Assembly: GCA_051362555.1 (NCBI GenBank)
Contig: CM120641.1
Location: 6,634,001-6,698,000 of the forward strand
Length of the DNA: 64,000 bases
Source: Lingula anatina
Taxonomy: Eukaryota > Animalia > Brachiopoda
Direction of reading: 5' to 3'
Under the pieces are notes generated by a model, which had not been told where the DNA came from, ran no database searches, and was given only the letters and a program-made list of their open reading frames with translations. A program made the position numbers and the translations under genes. Numbering within the stretch: the first letter of the stretch is position 1; each line of letters starts with the position of its first letter. Shown here in pieces: positions 55,723 through 64,000 of this stretch.

Positions 55723-56665
55723 ATTCAAGTTCAATAGTAACCATGGGCATTTCTTAGCCAATTTTGGAGATTTAAAGGCCAGAAAACATGCAAAGTGCAG
55801 TTCATCATAAAAAGTAGGTCACAGGTCAATTTCAAGGTCACAGCTAGATAGCCAGTGTATGACTTCCTAATCATGTTCAACAGTAAGTATGGGTGTATCT
55901 GTGCCAGTTTTTGAAATATAAGGAAAAGAAAATTCGCAAAGTTCAGTTCATGGTGATAATTAGGTCAAATGTCAATTCAGGGTCACAGATTGCCAATAAA
56001 TGACATTCTATTCAACTTCAATAGTAACTATGGACCTATCTCTGCAAGTTTTGAAGATAAAAGGAAACCTTGCAAAGTGTGGTTCATGGTGAAAAGTAGG
56101 TCAAAGGTCAATTTTAAGGTCACAGTTAAATTGCCAGTATATGACTTCCTACACAAGTTTAATAAAAACTATGGGCCTCTCACTGCCAGTTTTGGAGATA
56201 AAAGGGAAGGAAAATCTGCAAAGTTCAGTTCATGATGAAAAGTAGGTCAGAGGTCAATTTAAAGGTCACACTTAGATTGCCAGTATATGACTTCCTACAC
56301 AAGTTTAACTAGTATTTACAGTTCCAGAAATAGAGAGAGTTTTCAGTTTGGCATCTAAAGGCTGCTTCTCCCGTGAAAATGCACCGATTGACCCCAAACT
56401 CCCAAAGATGAAAGTAGTCTCTAATTGTAACCCCCCACTGTAATATGAGAGCTAAGGTCTGTGTAGTTTCTAAAAACTGGCACAAACAAATAGATTTTTT
56501 TAGAAAATTTTGGCCAGTTTGACCTTGAAATAAAGGTAAAATGAAATAAGAAGCGGTAACAGTGACTTGTATCCAGCGCCATTATGCAGAGCCGGCGGAG
56601 CCGTACGAGACGGGTCGGGACTAAAACCATGAGTACCGCCAGCGTACACGCTGGTGGTACTAATA
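55723..56665 (-). mobile_element. HINE copy C (diverged, left end missing; about 4 copies of the 146-bp unit)
   Basis: Degenerate 146-bp units, then the unique segment and terminal hairpin GTACCGCCAGCG-TACA-CGCTGGTGGTAC. Confidence 0.75.
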
Positions 56666-56751
56666 ATCCATACATATATTAATATATTTGGTACTTATTT
56701 ATGTGTAGTTTAGTGCCATCTTATCTCACACACACACACACACATGCCTGA

Positions 56752-57063
56752 TCATACAAATCCAAATTGCCTGAAATCCACGGCTGCAAGAACTGACAAA
56801 TACATCCCGATGGAAGTTCTTCTCATATTTCCGAGAATCATGACAAGAAATGAAAGAGTGTTGCCAGCAGTTCCGATAACTAAAGGGATGGGCTGGAATG
56901 TCAACCACAGATACAAAGTAATTTTTCCTTTCAAGGAATCATTTACCCTACCAGACGGTTCATAGGTGAAAAATTTGCCCAAAGACGTGGCACTTTTTTT
57001 CCGTATAACAATAGACCATATAAAGCGCAGCGCAGTGGTATTTGTAGCGGTTATCCTCCACAT
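56752..57063 (-). pseudogene. Fragment of a class A (rhodopsin-like, peptide/chemoreceptor-type) GPCR, TM1-TM2 only
   Basis: LWLTFQPIPLVIGTAGNTLSFLVM...MRRTSIGMYLSVLAAVD contains the TM1 GN and TM2 LAxxD motifs, followed by a stop. No TM3-7 is visible. Confidence 0.7.
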
Positions 57064-57086
57064 AACCTGGTGGGAGTTCTTATCAG

Positions 57087-57720
57087 TTTTTATGTACAGA
57101 CACAGATGTGTCTGTACATATAGCCGTCACCTGCGTCTGTTGTCGCCATCGCCATGCACTTTTATCAATAACACAATAAGTGAAAAACCATTTTACCTTT
57201 TGGCTTGAAACTTACAGAACTGATGAATATTCATAATACGCATGTCAAGTTCGAAAATCAGCATGATTGGGCCATTTATGTGGAAGTTATGCTGTTTTTT
57301 CACTTTTTTCAGCCTTTATGCCACACCGATAACACGATAAGTGAAAAAATGCTTTACTTTTTGGCTTGAAACTAACAGAACTGTTAAATATTCATAATAC
57401 GCAGGCCAAATTCGAAACTCAGGATGATTGGGCCATTTTTATGAAAGTTTTGCTGTTTTTTCACTTTTTTCAGCATTTATGCAACACCAATAACACGATA
57501 AGTGGAAAACCATTTTTCCTTTTGGATTGAAACTTACAGAACTGATGAATATCCATAATATGTAGGTCAAGTTAGAAAATTGGCATGATCTTGCCATTTT
57601 TATAAAAGTTTACTGTTTTTTCACTTTTTTCAGCATATATGCAACACCTATAACACATTTTAAGGAAAATTGATTGGCAATTGTCTTGAAATTCACAGGA
57701 GTGATCAATGTTACTGATAT
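57087..57720 (+). mobile_element. Second HINE-like family: 5' end plus 161-bp tandem array (about 3.3 copies)
   Basis: A T-run is followed by the perfect hairpin TATGTACAGACAC-AGAT-GTGTCTGTACATA (57091-57120) and a short CGT-rich tract. The anchor ATAACAC recurs at 57168, 57329, 57490 and 57650. The 3' end was not found. Confidence 0.65.
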
Positions 57721-57729
57721 ACAGATTAA

Positions 57730-58016
57730 AGGGATAATAACTCTTTGTATGACTATATTTCAGAATAAAAAAATGGCAGTAATAGCTATTATTCTGATAT
57801 CTGAGCTTGTCTTCAGATCACGTGACCTCCATTGATGGCTGTATTCTGTTATAATCTCTTAAAAGATTTAAACAAAAAACCAAACTTTTTAGAAAAAAAA
57901 ACAGTGACCAACTTTATATGTAAAAATGGATTTATTAACCATTGGTTAGTATGGGAAAATTGTTGTTTACTCCAGGAAAATTCATTTTTTGGCCAAAACA
58001 AAGAGTTATTATCCAT
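57730..58016. repeat. About 290-bp TIR-bounded repeat (MITE-like), copy 1
   Basis: TTAA|AGGGATAATAACTCTTT ... AAAGAGTTATTATCCAT|TTAA. An inverted homolog lies at 59445-59759. Confidence 0.6.
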
Positions 58017-59444
58017 TTAAGTTTTGAAAATAAGCTTGATTAGTTAAGTTTTGGTGAAGTAATGCCTTTTTTTGTATATGTTTTTTCCTCAAATTTAATT
58101 CTCAGGTATGTTAAGTCTCATTTTTGAACTGATTTGATATGTTAAGTTGTTCTTTTGACATTTTCTGCATCTTAACAATATTGTTAGTTGATTATTTAAA
58201 AATGATGGTAAACCTGTTATTGTGTATTGTGTAATAAACTGTTTAAAATGGGGAAAAAAACTCATATCTTTACATTTTGTCAGATTTAATTATTCACTAT
58301 GTTCAGAATCTCAGAATGGAGCAAATTGGACATTTAAAATTGTTCCATTGATATTTTTCTTATGTCAACAATTTTTTTAGTTGATCATTTAAAAATGACA
58401 GTAAATTGATTATTTGGTTTTATGTAAAAGATGTGTGCTGAAAATGGTAAGAGAATCAGTACAGTTATATCTTGTTTACATTTACATTTTTCAGTACAGT
58501 TATCTCTTGTTTACATTTTGGCATTTTGAAGGTGTGACTCTTAACTTCCATGGCCTTGAAGACCTTTTCATGTCACATTTTCTGAATATCCAAGATACTT
58601 TGATTTTGTTATTAAAAATTGATGGTCATTATACTGTTAAGCATTATGTAATGTTGCATCAAAATGAAAAAAAGAACATTTTGGACACTGATGACAATCA
58701 AGGGAAAAACCATGTACTTAGGTACTTGCTGAAAAGTGCAGCTTGTGTTGGAAAATCATTGTTTTCTGTTCTGTATGATGGTACTGTATGGATGGCATTC
58801 AGTATGAAATTGTCCCTTGGGTGATCACTAATTAAATTAAGGTCTATAAAGTCACTTGCCTAGTAATTAATTTTCAATTGGCCATTAAATGAGATTACAT
58901 AAAACACTCGTTGAAATTTCCCTGTAAAGTCCCATATGTTTAGCTCTCTTAACTGTGTCACATAATCAGGATTTGGTGATAATTATGCAGGTAAATGTTG
59001 TTTAATATTGCAAGTAAATTTACAACAGAAAAAAATTGTGTTATGCCAACATTAATGCTATAGGTGAATAACAGTGCCTTTTTTTTCTCAAACTCAGTGG
59101 GGTTATTCATATCATGTTAATACAACTAGATTAAAAGTTTGAATAGCAGCTTTATTGGAATTTTTTGTTATGTTTTATTTTAAATTTTTTTAAATTATTT
59201 TTCGAACACTAGCATTTTCAAGATGTGACTTAACTCCCATCCACCAGAAGTGCTGTGCATTTTCTGTATTTCCACATGAGCAATTGTATTGGTTTTTATG
59301 TCTTTAAACATGTATTATTATTTTATGCACTGTCATCATTTTTCACATATTGGGATTTTCATTATGTGAATTTGAACTCTCACATATGGTCCTGAAAATG
59401 TAATCTTTTTCACCATGTTACCTGTTGTGGATGATTAAATTTAA

Positions 59445-59759
59445 AGGGATAATAACCGTTCGTCATGGCCAAATATTGAATTTTCCTGGAGTAAACAACA
59501 ATTTTCCCATACTTACCAATGGTTAATGAATCAATTTCTACATTCAAAGTTAGTCTTTTTTTTTTGTAATAATCTCTTAAGAGATTATAACAGAGTATAG
59601 CCATCTATGGAGGTCTTGTGGTATGATGACAAGCTCAGATATCAGAATAATAGCTATAATTGCCATTTTTGTGGTAAAACAATATTATATTTCTATGAGT
59701 TGTTTACAATGTCTGATTGTGGAATATAGATCTCATACTTGTAAAGAGTTATTATCCCT
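59445..59759. repeat. About 315-bp TIR-bounded repeat (MITE-like), copy 2, inverted relative to copy 1
   Basis: TTAA|AGGGATAATAAC ... GAGTTATTATCCC|TTAA. The internal sequence is the reverse complement of 57730-58016. Confidence 0.6.
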
Positions 59760-59994
59760 TAAGTGTTGATTGCGCTGTTATAAACATTTATTATTGTATC
59801 AAAATTGACAAAATGACCATAATAAGGAAGCAGTGATAATTATGCAGGTAAATATATTGTTAATATTGCAAATAAGTTTTCAAAAAAAAAAAAAATGTTA
59901 ATACAGCAAGATTGAAAGTTTGAATAGCTTGTAACATATATATATTTTTTTAAATTTTCAAACACTGGCATTTTCAAGATGCGACTCCCATCCA

Positions 59995-61310
59995 TTTTTT
60001 AATTTTAATTTAATAATTTATTGAGCACTGAAATGCTTTTACATTTAGAGGCTCTCTAGCTACTATACATTATACATGTGGAAAGATAGTAAGGATAGTA
60101 AGTAAATGAAAGAGAAAAAAAATTATACTTATATAATGTTACACAATATACATTCTCTTAATATGCAGGTGAGATGCATGAAATCATTTGTGCACTTCTA
60201 GTTAATTACGTTTTTTCATAATTTTACTTACAAAATTCCCTACTGCAATTGCACTCTTTTCAGTGGGTGGGTTTAGAATGATGTCAAGCTGTTTGACCTC
60301 GTCTGTTAGACCTTGCAAGTTTACCTCTGGTATGCATTCAAACAGCAATTTCCTTTCAATTTTGTGATGGGCGCATTTTAGGAAAAAATGTATTTCATCT
60401 TCTACGTCATTACAATGGAGGCATTTTCGGTCTGAAAGTTGTGTTTTTGGGTTTGTATGCCGCCCTTTTTCAATTTCTAGGTCATGGTCACTAATTCGCA
60501 TTTTTGCCAAAAGTATTTTGTGGGTGCGTGAAATATTCATTTTTAAGTATGGTTCGGGTTCATATTGATGTTTAATTTTCCTGTATGTCCTCAGCTTATT
60601 ATTTTCCTCTCTGTGTAACTCTTCCCAAAAATCTGATTTTATTTTGAGGGTTATGTCACTTTCTAGATTTTGGTTATTGTGAATTTTATTGACAGTTAGG
60701 GTTGAATTTGAGTGATTTAATCCCCAAAATGTAGCCAAGTTTGACATTACCCAAAACCAGTTTTTTTCCCTTTTTGCTTGTTCTCTATTGTATGCTTGCT
60801 TGACAATTCTTTGCTCTGGAAGGTTATTCAGCCTTTGACTGTATCTTGATACTAATTTGACAATGTCCAAGTATAATGGGAGTCGCCCAAGTTCTGCACG
60901 GCAGGCATTATTGCTAGCTGACCTTCTCACACCAAGTGCCCATTTACACATCTTTAAATGTATTTGTTCAAAGGGCATTTTGTTTATTTTATTTAATGAC
61001 ATTTTTTTCTCTGTGAAGATTTCTTGGGCCCATATTTCACATCCATATAAGAGAATGGGTTTAATCATCTTGTCGAAAAGATTCATGATAAGTATGGGTG
61101 ATGAAATTTCTTGCGATGCTAGTATTCCCTTTAGAGTAAACATGGCTTTCAGGGCTTTTTGCTTGAGATTTTCAATTGAATGTTTTAATGATCCTGTGTT
61201 AGTAAAGACTATCCCGAGGTATGAGTATTGTTTGACTATTTCTATTGGTCTGCTATTTATAAAGAAGGTGTGTGGTTCAATTCTACCAGACTTGTTGAAC
61301 ACTATTACGG
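59995..61310 (-). mobile_element. Non-LTR retrotransposon (RTEX-like) 3' part: RT C-terminus, thumb, Cys/His tail and 3' UTR
   Basis: VIVFNK..YSYLG..LFDKMIKPILLYGCEIW..CKWALGV..CRAELGR..KLRTY..RISDHDLEIEKGR..CLHC..VEDEIHFFLKC, stop at 60202. AATAAA and an A-rich tail end near 59995. The RT catalytic core and endonuclease are absent. Confidence 0.85.
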
Positions 61311-62149
61311 TAATTCTCCAACCTATACGAACGCCGCAATAATTACGAACGAAACGTTTTTTCTCTGAATCTGAATTTTTTGTCTCCGTTCTGTACGAAC
61401 GATCGCTAAACTCACCTTGGGCACAATTTAAATTTTCCGAACGCAAGAAAGTGTGCCCAATGGGGCTATACGCGGAGCCGTTTGCCCTAAAGAGGGCGCT
61501 GGGGTAATAGTGGTTATTGAAGATAGCCTCGTTTTCGCGTCCGTGTAGAAATGGCTTTAGAGTATGGGAAGCAAAGGGTGGCGAAGTTAAAACTTCAACT
61601 AGTTGAAAGAGGGCCTCCACTAGAGGAAAGAAACAGGATTTGGTAGAAAGGTTAGTGTGTTTACTTATAAATGTGTCAATTGTATCAATAATATTGAAGG
61701 TTTCGCGCTCGAATCTTCCCGTAAAATATGGGTTTCTGTGTGAGCTCTCTGTCAAAAGCCAGGCGTAAGCGGCGGCTAGTTCCGCACTACTTATATGCCT
61801 AATTTATTACTATATTTGAAGATAATGATATTGTCATTGCGTATTTCCATATTCCGAGAATATAATGAAGGTATTTATGTTTAAAATATGTTTATTGTAG
61901 GCACTCCTAGTCGATAAAGGACGGTAATCAAATTTCGTGTACCAGGTCCGACATTTAACACATGACTCGTGTCAACACAAATTTTTAAAGGAGAAACAAG
62001 GGTTGATGCGTGTTTTATGTCAATGACAGTTGACATAACTAAGTGTAGATGAGGTAGACAATCAAAACAGTGTTTGCCAAGAATGTTAGCATCGTTTTGT
62101 TAGCATCATTGTTTTTTTCACTCCCTCATAATTGCATTGATGTTGGTAG

Positions 62150-62585
62150 GTCACAGAGAAGGAAGTGTCAGAACTTGAAAACAGAACTATAGGCCAAAGT
62201 AAAAGTCGAGTGTGGCATGAAGAAAGATCATGGAGAATAACAGCATCGAGGTAGGTGTGCAAACGAAAATAAGTTTGCTTGTTTTTTACTTGTTCAAATG
62301 TCTTGTATCAATATCGAGCTACTATATATACCTGTAGTTGCATTATAATACAGAAATACAAGTTGTGAGATGATATATCATGGTTTGTAGGTCAACATTT
62401 AATGCTATGAATGTACAATTTCATTTTGCATTTGGAATACAAATTGAAAAGAACAGTAAAAAAACCTATCTCACTAATTAAATTTTATCATTTTTAGGTT
62501 TGGTGATATTTTGAACGCAACCGAGAGACAAGACAAGGACAAATTATGCCAGTCACTGTTGTTTACCCATGAAATCAATACTCCA
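62150..62585 (+). pseudogene. YqaJ/lambda-exonuclease-like gene remnant of an ISL2EU-type transposon
   Basis: Exons 62150-62250 and 62498-62585 splice in frame: VTEKEVSELENRTIGQSKSRVWHEERSWRITASR|FGDILNATERQDKDKLCQSL, showing the YqaJ W-x3-R-x2-RITAS motif. Truncated at about 62585. Confidence 0.75.
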
Positions 62586-63878
62586 TATTTCTTAAAATTT
62601 ACAGACATATAGTCGTCAACAATGTCACGTTCTGGCCAAATGTTCATTTCACTGAGCTGGAAAAACAAAGTTGATCCATGTGCTTATTATTTCTGACACC
62701 ATTGTTACCGATAGCTTGAAACGGAGAGCTAAATAATCGTCAAAGGCTTGTCTCAGTTTCATAATGATAAAAAAACATTGGCCCTGGTGACAAACATTTG
62801 AAATTCAAGTGGTGAGCTGCTGGCCCAAGGCCATTGAAAAACAACATGAAATGTTCAATATGACTAAATCCAGTTTGATACTGGACAGCCTTTGCATTTT
62901 TCTGGTACAGCATGATGCTTTCTCTTGTGTCTGATGGTGTAGTGATATCACACTGGGAAGCTGTACTTTCTTTTTGGCTCTCACCAGCGCAGTCTTCATG
63001 TTTGTCTGCCACTGCTTCATCTGCTTGAGACTCATCCTATATAGGATACAACAAAAATTAAATACATAAGTTAATAAATTACACAAAGAAAAATACTTCA
63101 TTGTTAATTAACACACAAAATCTGTGTAGATGACGCAGATCTGACTGCCTCTTGTCCCATTTAGTCCGTCTCTAGTATTTCTAGTATTAAGACAGATAAT
63201 TATACAAATAAAAAGAAACATTTTTTTTTATAAATCTGTTATTATATCATGCGTTATCTTTACCTCCACTTCATCGGATCTGATACTTTGCGAATTATTA
63301 AATGGAAATATGGATGGTATCGTTCCTGGCTTCAGTCTTTTTCTCTCATCTGCAAAAGGAGTGCACATAATGATTATTAATACAATAAAAATCAAGTTGT
63401 CCTAATTTGAAAACGTGGCCTTTAAAAAAACTCATGCATTATCACATATAAAAGAAAAAATAATTGTAGTGGCTGGTCGGGGTTGACCCGGGCTCGGTAG
63501 CTTAGTCGGTAGAGTGTTTTCTCCCCCAAATCGCTACATAATGTTAGGTGAAGAATGTCTTAAAAATTAACATTCTAAGCACGTTAAACGACATAATTAC
63601 TTAAACATCGATAACAAAGACCTAATGAATAAGTTGACAAACTCATTATTAATACTAAAAGCGACAACAGCAAGTACAACTTACGTAGAAGTGTAATCTA
63701 TCTCACGAAAGTGGAGGAAACAGACTTTGTCATGTGCCTTTGGTTTCCATAGTGTTTTTGATGTAGAATCAACCCTCCTGATGGCAACTCTCCACTGGTA
63801 ACTCAGCTTTGTGTCTTTCGGAAAAGAATGACCTGCTGTTGACGATGTACATTCCGGAACACAACAGTATCCTGGCAT
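62586..63878 (-). pseudogene. THAP plus HTH transposase remnant (ISL2EU / PIF-Harbinger group), frameshifted and truncated before the DDE core
   Basis: THAP motif C-x4-C..FP..W..VC.LHF (63685-63878), then RLKPGTIPSIF (exon from 63349), then Y.TGF..F and MKLRQ..LALRF.LS...VS.II.TWI..IWP with frameshifts. Confidence 0.8.
63490..63517 (+). other. tRNA-like 5' fragment (probable SINE head remnant)
   Basis: GGGCTCGGTAGCTTAGTCGGTAGAGTG resembles a tRNA acceptor strand plus D-arm/A-box. No B-box follows. Confidence 0.4.
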
Positions 63879-64000
63879 TATTTAGAGCGATATTTACAGC
63901 GTCAGATTAAAAATGAAACTGCAAACACACGAGAAAGTACGCGCATGCGCAAAACTACCCCAACTAAAACACGCGCGCCACCCAGTGGTGAAAAAAACTG

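Noticed and set aside
57215-57275. CTGATGA...GAAA in the 161-bp repeat as a satellite hammerhead or retrozyme
   Set aside because: Stem II does not close, the cleavage position would be G, stem I has no partner, and the core is not kept in all units.
58414-58824. 136-aa ORF
   Set aside because: TTG start, composition typical of AT-rich noncoding DNA, located in a repeat-rich block, no motifs.

Overview
AT-rich, intron-containing animal genomic DNA. The repeat types and genes suggest a lophotrochozoan, probably a mollusc (inference). I could splice seven host genes by hand: GTF2A1/TFIIA-large (minus, runs off the left edge), a BTB-less Kelch-repeat gene (minus), a DUSP10/MKP5/puckered-type MAPK phosphatase (plus), two head-to-head uncharacterised genes sharing an N-terminal coiled-coil motif, PNO1 (minus) and KPTN/kaptin (plus). 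Mobile DNA includes three copies of a Helentron-type non-autonomous element (HINE) with 146-bp tandem repeats, a second HINE-like family with 161-bp repeats, three decayed ISL2EU-like elements (THAP and/or YqaJ remnants), a Kolobok-like element, MITEs, an RTEX-like LINE 3' end, a Penelope remnant with a hammerhead-like motif, and a class A GPCR fragment. The most notable observations are: the same AT-targeting transposon family inserted at two different sites of the same HINE family; nuclear-receptor element arrays in the HINE repeats; about tenfold AP-1 site enrichment across DUSP10; and a hammerhead-like motif with an extra GNRA hairpin. All coordinates were read by eye and no searches were run. 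I found no clearly novel multi-gene system.
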